DNA of 62,206 bases, filler included, from Sphacelaria rigidula (GCA_964200075.2; 9 parts of 9 records of this genome joined end to end with filler, not necessarily neighbours in it); one strand, 5' to 3'; shown: positions 11,347-24,537, counted from the first letter of the whole stretch. Program-made: numbers and translations. Notes: generated by a model from the letters alone, not told the origin.

Positions 11347-11709
11347 GGTCGCCCCGGTTGCTCAGTTGGTAACCTCGTAACCTCCTGACAGTTGAGTAGT
11401 GGGGTTCAATTCCCGGAGCGATCCGGGATTTTTTCTCACACCATGCCCAACAGTGGAGAGCGACTATGTCGTGGGTATACAAAATTCGATGTAACGGTCG
11501 GCGAGGGAAAGGGACTGCTAAAAATCTCTCGCGATAAAAAATAAAGGCAAGCACCGCAGAAGAACTGTGGTGCACTAAAAAAAAAGAAGCTCTTGTGTTG
11601 ACCTTCCTCTTGTGTTACCCGGGCTGATGCGCCCACATATACCGCAAGGTGTAGACTGGCGCCCAGAATAAATGGGACGACAACACACACAGCAGTAGCA
11701 GCAGTAGCT
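11347..11709 (+). mobile_element. tRNA-derived SINE, copy 2
   Basis: A box TTGCTCAGTTGG and B box GGTTCAATTCC. Body shares catgcccaacagtggagagcgactatgtcgtgggta exactly with copy 1. (CA)n/(CAG)n tail. Confidence 0.85.
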
Positions 11710-12372
11710 TTCAGTAGACCGCCGCCGGGGCAAGAGTGTGGGTAAGGGGTCTATCAATAAGCATTGCTGACGACAGCCGATAGAAAAAAATCGCCGATTG
11801 ATGACCATTACCGACGACAAAATTGGCGTATTTAGCGGCAGATTCTCCGCCTATTGCTGTTGCAATACACGATAGATTACGTCTTTTTGTCCAGGGCGTG
11901 GAGTATTGTGCCTCAAATTCAAATGCCCACTGAATCGAAAAGTAGGTGAGTACACTTTTGAAGTCTGCAAGGATTCTGCTATTCACGCCTAGCGACATGG
12001 AGTACCAACAGCACCTTTGCGCGCTCTCGCCCCCGCCCTGTCCTCTTGTTTCAAGTGACGATGCCGCTCTCTGTGCCCCGCTCTTATTGACAAACCAAAA
12101 CGAAATACATGAACACACACACGTGCGCACGCCGCAGGGTGATGCACTCGCTCTGCAGTCGAACACGGTAGAACACGGTAAAGGGAGACTGAATCAACCC
12201 CACCCCGCTCGGGCCGGTTGGCGTTGGCCCACCGGGACTTGCTGTCATTTTGTGGACGTGGTGGGAGGTTTTGAGAGGTTGTCCCACAGATGTTTTCAAT
12301 GAGCGCTGACATGACACTCATGTCCTTTCCGTCACGTTGTGAAAACACACCACCCATACGATACGCATACAG

Positions 12373-12784
12373 CACGGTGCGGCACTCGTACCCCGGAAGA
12401 GTACCGGGGGTGGAGGATGACTGGTTCGCAGAGCACATGCTGCCAGAGGGCGCGCACAACCATCCGTTGGACTGGACCGTGATGTTCCTCAACCGTGATA
12501 AGCCAGCTTTGGATGAGGGGTGGCCAAAGAGCTTTGACGAAGAACGAAATGGCAAATTGGAGCTCGACGCAGGAATGGCGGCACCCGGTGGAGACAGACA
12601 TGACTTCGAAAACGCGAGTCAAGATCCAAGTAGTTGGAGGGGGGGGGAGGGCGCGGGAGGGGAGGGGGAGGGCAACGAATTTTTGTATTGTATTAATCTA
12701 GTGAAGGTGAAGGATGACCCATCGGTGCGGAGAGGAGCTGTGGTGAGGGCCATGTGCATCTGTTCAAGATATAACTTCATCGAG
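12373..12784 (+). CDS. Exon of an Afi1/MesA (Afi1 + SPA domain) DENN-like membrane-trafficking protein
   Basis: STVRHSYPGRVPGVEDDWFAEHMLPEGAHNHPLDWTVMFLNR and FLYCINLVKVKDDPSVRRGAVVRAMCICSRYNF fit the Afi1/MesA consensus (MLP.GAH....DWT.FFL; LNLV..K.D..VRRGA.V.AMAI). Acceptor TACAG|C and donor GAG|GTGAGC. Confidence 0.85.
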
Positions 12785-15748
12785 GTGAGCGTGAGCGATC
12801 AGTCGTTGACTTTGAGGCTCTCGTTCTCGTCGACCCTGGGTCAGCGTGTTCGCTCAGTAAATCAATAGATGGAGCGCGATAGAGAGGGTTTCGTCGCTAT
12901 TATTGATAATGCACGTTTCTTCCGTATGCACGTTTCTTCCGTATGCACTGAGGACGAAGATGGAAAAATTCGCGCCCGTACTTGAATCAAAATCAATCTA
13001 CATGAACATGTATATTGTGACCCGTCTTGGGCATAGGAAGCATACGGAGGAAAAGCCGACGTATCATATCGCCATAATTAGCTCTGATAACAGCCACTCT
13101 ACCAGACTCCGAGGGCATTTTCTCTCGGTCCGACCTCGCTTCACGTGTGTGCCGTTTCGTTTGATGTGGTCGCTCAAGTTTTGTTTTAAAAAAATTCCGA
13201 AAATACCATCGACCGTTTATTACCGCTAGAGCAGTATCCACTGAAGATCGGTCATGAGGTATGGCTCCATGGAAGTTGGTGTTGACTATGCTATCACACT
13301 TATTCGAGGTTGATCAACGTGATAGCCCCATAATCGCCCTTCGAGGAATGGGCATACACTACACTTGGTCGTGACTGGTCGTGAAGTTAAGCCTTTGAGA
13401 ACCCTCCCCTCCCGTCCCCCCTTCTAGACTCCCTCACCTCTAGACTCTTGGGTTGGCGTCGAGTGGCAACGGCGCTGTAAAACAAGCCACCAAAACCTAG
13501 ACAAATAAATGTACAGACTGTCACCGTACATATACCGTGGACCGGCACTAGAAAAAAGTTCCGAACCGACATACACGACAGGATGAACACGACAGGATGG
13601 AAATTAAACAATCCAATGATTTCCCCTAGGGAACACATTCTATTTATCCCACCATAACACAGCCCGGACATAGACATGAAATAGAGAAGCTAACCCTCTT
13701 TTTTATTTAACCTACTATAACACAGCCCGGACATAGACATGGAATAGNNNNNNNNNNNNNNNNNNNNNNNNNNNNNNNNNNNNNNNNNNNNTTAATTAAT
13801 TAANNNNNNNNNNNNNNNNNNNNNNNNNNNNNNNNNNNNNNNNNNNNGTGAAAGGATGTCTGACCCACTTATGAGCCTCTTTTTTCGTGCAACCAAATAC
13901 CCCCCCCCCTATCGTAGGATGACTCTCAAGGAAAGACCTGGTCATGTCTCACTATCCGCTGCTTCGTGGGGATCTGTATGATACCAAGTATGTTTTTGTC
14001 GGGTCAGTTTTGCGTTGTGTATCTAGTGAGGGATAAGGTTTGGGCGTTTACCCTGAACCAGCCCGTAATGCGAACGTCGAGCTGAGTTCATGAAGTGCTG
14101 GCGTCCGCAGGGGGTTGAACAGAGTGCTAAAAAGTGTTCAAGCTGGGCATCCCAGAATAACCACAGCGTTCAAGATGGTCACACCTGGCCCCATGTCAGG
14201 GCAACGTGAGCATATCGCTGTAATGGGTTGAGAGAAGGTGAGCGATCTTGGTGCAAATATCGCACAAATCGTCACGCACCGCTTGGCGCTTTAAGTAGGA
14301 CCTAGAATTTTGCCACGTCATTTGGAGAATTTCACATACACATTAAACGTCCGGCATTTTACCTTTCTGAATATTTCGCCGAGATTCGACCGACCGGAAT
14401 ATTTCAGTGGATGGGAGATCGGGGGTAAGTCGAGCAAAAAGAAAAACGAGAAAATGTCAGGCCTCGAATGTATCGGCAACTACCTTGCGAATCACGCGTC
14501 AAGATTTCAGGTCCCAACTCCAACGATTGAGCAGTGCGGGGCGATGTTGGCTTCACCCCAGCTGGCTGGCCCAGCTTGGTAACGGGTAATTCGTCAAAGT
14601 CAAAGCAGACGTAAAATATTGGACCCCGATGAGGATTTGGGCTCGCGTCTGAATAGCTGCCAGAGAAGATATTTTGCGTAGCGAACCAAACAACGATGAT
14701 GGTCGGAGCGAAATACAGTTGGATTGATGGATTGTCACACATTAACTGATTCGCCAGGAATACATACAAGCAGCGGTGGCCATTAGAAAGAAGACAGACA
14801 TACCCGAGATAAACCAAAGAGAAACACTCGCTGGAGAGAAGTCAAGCAAAATAGGAAGAACGATGGAACGACTGAAGCTGCCCCTCGGCGGGAACGACGT
14901 CACCCGCCATACGGCATGCTCGTGTTCAGGATAACAGCACCGCCGGAAGATACAAGCAAGTAAGTCCCAAGACTCGCGCTTCTCGTTCCACCGACAAGCT
15001 GAAACCACTCTTGGATGTACATCGAGAAATCTCCAGAGATCTCCATTTACGAGTACCGCAGCGACGTGACGAGCATGACCGACAGCAGGGTGAGTTCGAG
15101 TGAGTGTCAAGGGTCGTGGCAAAGCTGCGAATTTGGAGCCAAGATCTACAATCTGCCAAAGTCTATCCGTTCCGAAGAACGAATACTAATACCAATACAA
15201 CTCAATTCCAATTTCGCGTCGTCTGAACCGGACTGTAATAGTTTCAACAGTTGTTCTCAATCTTCGAACTCCGACGGTAGCAGCGAGACCCAACAAAACC
15301 TACTGGCGACTCAGTGTATTGTTTGAAAGTGCTGTCCTGAGTGCGTGCAAAATAAAACAAGTTTCTCAACTCTTAGACAGCGACCCCCCTGCTGGAAGAC
15401 TGAGTAAGGCTATATCCACTTTTTGGGTTCAGCATAATTCCTTTGACACAAACCAAAACGCCTATTCTACGGCGGAACGGTCCGGGGGTGCATATGAGGC
15501 ACATAGTTGTGAGAGTCATTACATAGGCGCCTGCAAACAGTGCAGTAGTGTGGAATCTGAATAACTGCTATTATAACATTACGCTGCATAACTGTGCACA
15601 GCAGCAGCAGTCTGTCAGTCTCTAGTGTTTTGTGCGGCAGCTCCACGTACTGTCTACAGTGTACTAGATCTTACAGTTTTGCACGTGTTGAGGGTACGCA
15701 GCATGCGTGTGTGGTATTGCACCATGCCTGCCGCTGCGAATACGCTTA

Positions 15749-15928
15749 CAGCACGTGCCGCGCTCATCGGCGCTTCTTCACTTGGGCTATTGTTGCTGAG
15801 AATGCTCACTGGGCAACACGATCCGCCGGCATTGAGTCCAGCACGTGTCGCGGTCATCGGCGCAATGTCAATTGGGCGATTGGTACTGAGAATTCTCACT
15901 ATGCGACACGATCCGCTGGCATTGAGTC
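15749..15928. repeat. Two-copy 90-bp tandem repeat
   Basis: cagcacgtg...cacgatccgc.ggcattgagtc begins at 15749 and again at 15839. Confidence 0.85.
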
Positions 15929-16072
15929 GCGAGCAGTACATTGTTTTACCCTTTCCCGCAGGCGCTGAGATCTTCAGGACAAATGAAAGTTCGTTCGCCG
16001 ACCGTCGTGCGTGGCGTCAACTATTTGAAGAGAGCGATCAGGAATGTGTAAACCCACGTTCCAGAGGTCCTG

Positions 16073-16150
16073 TATCTCAAACTCGAGGTTCCCGGTATAT
16101 TTGAACGTGAATTACTGTGAAATATACCAGGAACCTCGAGTTTGAGATAC
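16073..16150. mobile_element. Short hairpin MITE-like element
   Basis: gtatctcaaactcgaggttcccggtatatt / aatataccaggaacctcgagtttgagatac form a ~30-bp inverted repeat. A diverged copy lies at ~38463-38545. Confidence 0.7.
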
Positions 16151-16552
16151 CTCTTCTAATTCCTGTTCATTTTTCCGTTCATATCCCGAAAGGAATTCTC
16201 CATCCACCCTGACGTTCATAACCTCCGAGTAGAGGGAGAATTTAGAAATAGCGGATGGTGCCTTCACTTTCAAGACCAAAATATCGCCATATCGCGACCG
16301 GAGCGTGCATTAGCACCTATAGTTTATAATTACTGCGATTTTTATGCTGGTTCTCATGACCCATCCTCAACAATACCTGCTCCCGCAAATGTTCAAACCT
16401 CCTGTTTTCTGTTACCGATACTGCTGAAATAGAACGGGGTGGTCTCCGCGACGCTGATTTGCTCGAATCTGCTTTTCGCTGTGAACGTTTGATTCAGTGC
16501 AAATATGCGATTATTTCTGCGGGCAAGATGGCTGACACTATCACCATAATTT

Positions 16553-16725
16553 TTCACGGTTCGGACGAATCGTCGCCAGTTCGAAGCACCGAATCCACGC
16601 TTTTTGCAGGCCTGATTGCTCAAAAGAGAGAAAAATCTCGACCGCTGGTCCAGAAGGTCTCCACGCAAATTTTGCGTCATTCCACGTGCCTGGGCAGAGC
16701 GTACCTGGGTTGCGACGCTGAAAAA
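16553..16725. repeat. Dispersed repeat family (also at 34349-34516 and 61583-61705)
   Basis: Shared cacgg..ggac...gcctgat.gc...ctggt.ca...ccacgca..ttttgc..cattccacgtg.ctgg in three separate contigs. Confidence 0.7.
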
Positions 16726-19718
16726 AAGCCTAGGGATTGATTCGTACGGTACGAATCAATTACACTAAAACCAAATAATATCCGGACGAATCGTTAATTC
16801 GTCCGACTCTTGTAATTTTTCGTTGGATTAAAGACCTTGACCACAGCGGGCGAATTATGATGTAGGATGAAAGCAAGTCTCCCAGTTACGGCAGGGGACC
16901 CCTCGCTGGGGGGAGGGGGGGGGGGAGGGGGCGTCCTTATTTTTTGCTTGCTTCAGTCGTCCGGGAGGGGCGGGGCATTTTTCATGAGAGGGCTGTGGTA
17001 ATTTGGCGCCGGATTGCACCGACTCCAGAATAATGCACAGCCGACAACAAGCCGGCACACGAAGCCTCATCAGTGCATACCCGAAAATGTTCCTCATCGT
17101 CCACGTCTGAGAGTCGCCCACCGGGCACAAGGCATCCGATTCTCGCCAGTCGATGAGTGGATAGCGTCGACGGCGAGACGGACGCTCGCCAACCACTTGA
17201 ACCCCCGTCATTTTAGAGGTCACAGAAGCCGATCTAAGAAACATCTGAACACGCGCCAGGATCACTCGCCCGTCGGCGGAGTAACCGCCGGGTGGAGAGA
17301 CGGCGACCCTGCGTGCGTGCCGCAGCAAAGCACGGCACGGGAACACTCGGATGCCAAAAGTGCACAAATGAAAAAGGTCGGACCGTGGAACGATTGCTAC
17401 TGAAATATTCGCACAGGTCCTCTAACAAGAAGAGGAAACGCAAAAACGTCGTCGTTAAACAAACGGTCTTTGCGCCGTCGCTTCGGCGCGTATCGTCGTG
17501 AACCGAAACCCAACTCCTATGGCGAAAATTAAAAAACAAAACACAAGACCGAAAACCCAAACGATCACAGGCGAAGCATATTTGTAAACCTCACTACCAC
17601 AGGTATAAACCACACACACCCAGCCCCCAAGAGACCGAGATACTATACTCGCAATCACAGACACCGACAACAAAGAACACACACAGAGGAAGGCTACAAA
17701 TACGAAGAAAGCCGAGAAGGAGGACAAAAACAAATCAGCCCGCCGAACACCGCGCCACAGACGACAACTGAACCACGCAAAACGAGGAGTCTCGTACCCA
17801 GAACCCACGGCCCAAGTCCGCGACTCAGTGGGCCAAACAGGGGTACCTTTGGTGCGATGTGCGCCGAATTTAGCACACGAATCCATACCCCGGCATGGAG
17901 CGCAGCACATCCGCAAACCCCGACAGCAGCCGTCCTCACGGTTCGCTGCCGCCCGCAACACCACAACGCGTCGGCGCCGACATGTGGAGACAAATAATTC
18001 ACTACGACCACAGAAGGATGTAAAATTCGTCGTGACAGGCGGGTAGGAACCGTCACCCCAACTTCCGGCGGGGCAGACTATCGTGGATCCAAAGTGAGGT
18101 TTAACTGGCCGCCCTCCCCTCCGTTCATTTATCACGGAGTTGTCACATCCTTCACACCGACAGCGTGGAGGCTTTCCGTAGACGCCTGGCAAATCCACAC
18201 GATCCCTTATCCCACAGCCAGGCGAAAGCCTCGCGTACCGCGGACGGAATCTCTCCATCCCCGACCCACAGGGCGGGGCATGCCGCGGTGAAACAGTCCC
18301 GCCAAGGTATCTGCACCCTCCGTCCATGTGCTCCGAGCGATTTCCTTGGCCTGAAGGTCGCCTGCACAGGGAGTCAAGGGTTAGAGGTGACGGGCGCGGC
18401 ACGGACACGGTGAGCGCAATGGAATATTGAAGACAGAGAGCATCGCCGAAGGTGTGGCGCGGATGCAGTGTGCATCACAGCGGCGCACGCACAACGTGCG
18501 CCGGCCACGACATTCTGTCGCCGGAATGGCAGGCATGAACAGAATTTGGTGTGGGAGATGGGCACTGAGGTACGGAGGCATGAGGTAGTGTTCATGCCAT
18601 AGCACAGAAACGGCGAAGACGAGATAATATGTTAATGCGAACCCGCGGTTCGACAGAAAACTACTCGTATCGTAGCATAATACTGCTGCCGCGCCCTGCT
18701 GGTGTCATGGGACTTTTATCACCAGTTGGACGAAATGTGGATTCCATCCCCCAAGGTTTGTCTTCTTTACTTTGTGCATGTGAGCTCCCAACTTCATTCC
18801 GATATCAGTTGTTTCGACAAAAACATGGCCCGATAGCGCAGCTCTATTAAAAGATACGAGTACTTTCGCATGCGATGGCAGTACTGTACACGGGTATCAG
18901 GAGCTCTCACTAGGGCTTTCGACAGAAACCAAATGTAGAAAACGCCGCAACAACCAAACCGTTCAAATCATTCTATTTCGAAATTCCAGCTCCGCGTTCG
19001 AGCATAGGGTCGACGCACTTGGTGGCCGTCTCGACATCGAGAGCACGCTTTGACGGAGGCGTCTATGGCAGTTTGCGCACCGACGGCATAACGTGCTGAG
19101 TGAGTCTCTTGCAAAAAAAAGAGCGATGGCAAGTAAGTTTAGCGAAATCCGATCTTATAACTCGGCGAGTTTTCAAGCTTTCTATCGGAAAAGGACGGTG
19201 AAAGTCGTGAAGCGGTACATGGTCGTTTGTGAACATTTCAGACAGTCCGTACTGTCTGCGCCGTTTAAATGCAGTGTATATTGAGTTCGTGTCTGCATGT
19301 TTCGTGCAGCAGGATGTAAGAGAGGAGCGGGCAACATGCAGAACCTCCACGGCAGCACCATCTGTTCTCTCTGCCCACAATGCGACGTGAAAAGGACTCG
19401 GATAACGCGCAGCTTTGCACCTGCATGGTGTCCATGACCGCGTTCGCGAGGGGGTTGGCCATCTTACCACGCCGTTCTAAGCTTGGTCCCTACGATGAAA
19501 TACGATGGTCGAGTTTTCACACGTCGGACGAACACGAATATGAATCGTGGCTTGCACTTGTTGAGCTGCTCGTGGTGAGAAAAATTATTAGGGTGAGTAC
19601 TAGGATCATTGCTCGTGGTGAAAACAAATGAACAGGGCGAGTATTCGAGTCATTGGTCGTTGTGGGAATACATCTACAGGGCGAGTACTCGAATCATCGC
19701 TCGTGGTGACAAAACATT

Positions 19719-20663
19719 ACACGTCGGACTAGTCATTTGTCGTCGAAACGACTGCACTCGTGAATATTTTTAAAACACAACGAGCATGACTCGTGTGCTC
19801 GAGTTATTCAGTTTTTTTCACAACCAGCAATGACTCGTGTGCTCGAGTTATTCAGTTTTTTCAACATCGACCAATGACTCGTATGCTCGAGTCACGAGTT
19901 TTTTTTCCAACGAGCAACCACTCGTGTGCCCGAGTCATTACTTTTTCACAACGAGCAGTGACTCGTGTGTTCGCCCTGAAAAAAATGTAAGTGTACTACT
20001 CGAGAGATATTCTCCGCTGCTTTGATAAAACTCTGATCAGTATGTGTGTGGGGGTGATTGGATAAACTGAAAACGAAATTTGGAGCTTGACGCTTGCACA
20101 TGTGCAGACATGCATATTAACTTGAAGATTCTGGGTTCAAGATCGTCGAAGGGCCCATTACAACTATTTGCCCGTCGGATTGTTGGCTACTCCACCCAAG
20201 TCATTCATCATGAGTAATGACTTGAGTGCTCGCCCTATTATTTGTTTTCACAGTGAGCAAAGACTCGAGTACTCACCTTATCAATTCGCCAACGAGCAGC
20301 CCAACGAGTGTGAGTGCCACGAGTCATACTCGGGCTCGTGCGGCGTGTGAAAACAAAACAGGGTAAATACTCTATTCATTGCTCGTAGTGGCAAAAATTA
20401 ATAGGGCGAGTACTCGAGTCATTGCCCGTGGTGGCAAAAATTAATAGGGCGAGCGCTCGAGTCATTGCTTGTGGCGGAGAAAATTCATAGGTCTAGCACT
20501 CGAGTAGTTGTTCGTGGTGGAAAAAAACATGACTCCAATACAGGAGTCGTCGGTCTTGGTGAAGACAAATAAATAACTCGAGCACACGAGCCGTACTCGT
20601 GGTGTTTTCAAGAAACATTAACGAGTGCACTCGTTTCGACGAGTAATGACTCGTCCGACGTGT
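19719..20663. mobile_element. Foldback element with long TIRs built from ~39-bp subterminal repeats. A related partial copy begins at ~19518
   Basis: acacgtcggac.agtcatt..tcgtcgaaacga.tgcactcgt at 19719 is the reverse complement of ~20622-20663. gactcgtgtgctcgag / gagtactcgagtcattgctcgtggtg units are arrayed in opposite orientation in the two arms. Confidence 0.75.
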
Positions 20664-20919
20664 GCAAGTTNNNNNNNNNNNNNNNNNNNNNNNNNNNNNN
20701 NNNNNNNNNNNNNNTTAATTAATTAANNNNNNNNNNNNNNNNNNNNNNNNNNNNNNNNNNNNNNNNNNNNTTCGTTAGGTGCACCTAGCCATAGCTGCTT
20801 TACTGCTGCGGACATTTGAGGGGGAAGATAGCTTCGCTCGGTCGTAAGTGTTTCGCGTGATCCCTGCAAAAGAGAAATGCCACTTCAGCCTCATGTTTCA
20901 GATGAACCTCATTGTCTAG

Positions 20920-23900
20920 GATCCACTGTTTATTGCTGTTAGAGTCACTGGACCTGAAATATCAGTCCTAACACGTTGAAGACGGTCCGTGATATTGTCC
21001 GAGTCGTTCGTCTTCGGGTGATTTTGCTGTGTACTTTTATTGGTCATCCAAGTGTCGCATAAAGAAAGTGTGCCTTCGAAATTTACACCTGATTCTGTAT
21101 CATTCTTTATACCACGCAAAACTTCCTCAGACGGGTGACCTAGTCTTTTATGCCAGACTTCCGTTCTTACCACAGTTTAATGGAAGGACCTTCGGGCTGT
21201 TCTAGATCGATAACTTCAGTTGCATACGCAGTACCTAACCCCAGAAATTGTGCCAGATGCCAGTGCTGTTCCATGTAAGTTATTCTGTTCTTGAACAATT
21301 CTTCACCCTTTCGGGACTGAAGCTCACTAACAAGGGGCTCACCATTTGTTGGTGAAAAAAGAATGAAACAAGTCTGGGAGCGAACTGTCCAATCAGGGCG
21401 AGGCGAAATTGATCGGCCATATCAGAACAACCAGTGGGAGGGGGGCTGTCGCCGGGAGTGACATCACTGCAAAGTTGGTGTACCCTGTCTCCGGCCCACA
21501 AAAAGCCTCGAAGGAAAAGAAAGCCCAAATTGTCGGGGCTCGGACTCCCGATTTTTTCATCATTTACTTGCATTTTATGTAGGCCTGACCTCCCATTCCC
21601 CGAATTGTTTTCGGGCCACCATCCTATAGAAACCCCTAGTTGATAACACCAACACGTAGTGCTCGGGGGGAAATTCGGGAATATATGTACCCTACTATAT
21701 CTGTGGTCATGTTCCCTAGGCGACTGAACCTGGCAACGCTGTGGGACGAGAGAAGTAGCTAGAGGCATGACTTCTGCGTATCCCTCTGTCGAAGCGGTAC
21801 GAGCGGCAGTAAGGTCGAATATAAGACTGCTGCCGAGATAGCCCCCCCCTGAACCGGTCAAGAACGTGCACGGAGGCAATGATCGTGAATACCGTTAGAG
21901 CTGGTTTCATGCTTCACGACGCGACTCATTTGGGCGTTTTAGCTGATTTCGGACTGCTACAAGCCTTTCATGTGGGCGGAATCGCTGCAAACGAAGCTGA
22001 TAGTGGGATCACAGCCGGTTTGTCGTACGGTGTCCCGTGCACTTCTTGTGGGAGGGCTATCTCGGCATTAGTCATAATCGACGGTAACGAACTTTCTGTG
22101 TATGGGCAGCTGATCTCTGTCGCGGAGAACTGCCCAGAACATGTGAGGGAGCATGCAGCGGCAGCTGCTGCTGTATTCGGAAAGGCGTGCTGCACTGTAC
22201 CGTATCTGCGGCGCAACATCCATGTCGTTCGAAGAGAATTTGCCGCTTGCAACAAAGAGGGAAATCGCGGCCTACCCTACACCACAAAGGGCTGTGTGGC
22301 AAGGTGATGGGGACAATATCCAAGGTCACAAATGGCGGGGGGTGGTTGCCACTTCCTGTCGAAAGCTCTCCACCGCGACTCATACTGCTTGATGCATCTG
22401 TACATTACCTGGTGCGCACAACACCCGAATGATAGTACAGACAGTTTGTACCTTCTCCTGAAAAGAGATGGATGAATCTTTCGGTCTTCATCTAACCCTG
22501 CCGTTACATACGTACGTTGTTTTGAGCAACATGAAGCCACTATTTCATGCATATGCAGGACACGGCATTCCCTACCAGCCTCATTGGCCGTTCGGGGGAC
22601 CCAGTCCCGAAAGCGTTAAGCTGATATTATGCAATACCCTAGTATTATCAATTCTAGTTGTAATTTAAAAACCACCGACATCAATACGTGACTTCGTAGA
22701 AAACACGGTTGAAGCACCCTTACTGAGGGCCTCGCAAGGAGAGACACATGTGCATGTCTTCCTAGACCTGGAACTTTTACAACGGGCAAACGAACGGAGC
22801 GTTCAATACCATTGACGTCAGCCACCCATGATTTGAATAGTGCCTTTCCCTGTGCCTTGTAACATGTGTATTCCTGCTGCTAATATGCACATGGGTGGAT
22901 CGAGCTTGACGAGATCAAGCATCTCCCTTTCAATATTAGGAAGTAGGTGGGTATCCAGAAAGTGATTGCTGACTCCACTGTCCACTATCATCGTAAATGG
23001 TGTTGACACATGCATATCAGGAGAATCTACGAGATGCCCAGCAAGGAAGATATACCCAACTCCGCTTGGTGGAGAAGGTTCCATGACAGTCGCTGCTGAA
23101 GGTTTACTTGATTGCTGGACATTGGTGTAGGTACTGTGGTTGACGTGGGAGTTGTAGTAGTTGTGTTCGCCTGATTGACGGGACCACGATTCTGTATGCT
23201 TTGATGGGTATTACTGTTACTACGATTACGGTTATAACTGTTGTTCCGATCATTACCGTAGCGATCATTACTATTATACTCATATCATTACTATTATACC
23301 CAGATCATTACTATTATACCCAGAGCTACCACGAGCGTTCCCATTGTTCATTTGATTTTCATACTCTGAGATATCATGTTTATTTGTTTTGTGTGGGCTA
23401 CACCACTTAACCTGTCTGCCGTTACGCTGCTCCTTGGATCTGCAGTCACGCATGAGGTGACCAGGTTTCCCGCAACTAAAACATTTACTCTGAGATTTGG
23501 TGAAATTTGAAGATGAATCTAGGGGTGATGATGCATACATAGCACTCTCTCTACCTACAGGTTTTCTCACAGATTTGCCACGAGCTAAACGATTGACATA
23601 TAGATTCCTCATAGTGGATTCGATTTGTGACAGACTAAAATCAGGATCTCGTTCAGCGTCGTATTTAATTTGACTGTAGTCATCAGTGAGTTCTTGGATG
23701 ACTATCTGTTAATCGTTCATCACTAACGCTCTCATTCATATTAGTTAATTCGTCTTTGGTTTGAACTAAATTTGAGAAGAATACATCCGGGTCTTCACCC
23801 TGCGACATAGTTAAATTGTCTAACTGTCTCATCAGAATTCGACGTTTTTCGTTTGATGAATTCTGATATTTGGCAATCAAGCCACCCCAAGCTTTCTTAC

Positions 23901-24306
23901 CGTCGGCAGTCGCTGAACCCTGTGGTTCGAACCGTAGCATAAAACTCTTTGCAGGTCCGGTCGCAGTTAAATGAAGCATATTGAATAATTGTTCATTCGC
24001 ACGATCGTATAGGACTACTTCATCCTCATTACTAACTCTTCCGCTACTAGGTTCGTCTTCCTCTGAAGTAACGTCCTTTCCTTGATAACGTGTTACTACC
24101 GGGCTTGACCTAGTCGTGGATCTTCCACGAACATTCTCATTGATTTCGGTGAGACGGCTTTTACCATTTAAAATCTCCGAAATATTGGGATGTGTCAAAT
24201 ATAAAGCGGCTTTAGTTTTGCGCTTTCACTCCAAAACATTCACTGTATCAAATGTATTGATACTCTTGATGATTTGCGTAACAGACGGCTCTCCAGTTGA
24301 ATTCAT
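20920..24306 (-). pseudogene. Copia gag-pol pseudogene (ATG at 24306), interrupted by a piggyBac-type insert
   Basis: MNSTGEPSVTQIIKSINTFD...*KRKTKAALYLTHPNISEIL...GEDPDVFF...VSDERL. Stops and frameshifts. The frame HNISLRIVQEQNNLHGTALASGTISG is restored when 21306-22615 is removed. Confidence 0.88.
21306..22615. mobile_element. 1.31-kb non-autonomous piggyBac-type element nested in copia pol
   Basis: TIR ccctttcgggactg / cagtcccgaaagcg. Flanked by TTCA (21302-21305, inferred to be a mutated TTAA) and TTAA (22616-22619). Confidence 0.8.
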
Positions 24307-24537
24307 CTGCTACTATAATCTGTGTTAAACTCTCACAGTGTAACGTCTTCATCTCAAATTTCTTCACAAGTCCTCGCTCCCAGACGGGACGGCCACGCTT
24401 GACCACACTGCTGGTTGACGACCACGCTCCTGGCCGCAGTAGTAGTGCCTTGCTGCAGCAGTGATGGACCGACTCCGATGTGACGTCCTGTTCACTGGTG
24501 CTGAAGACTACAGTACAGTATACAAACTGCGTCGCGA

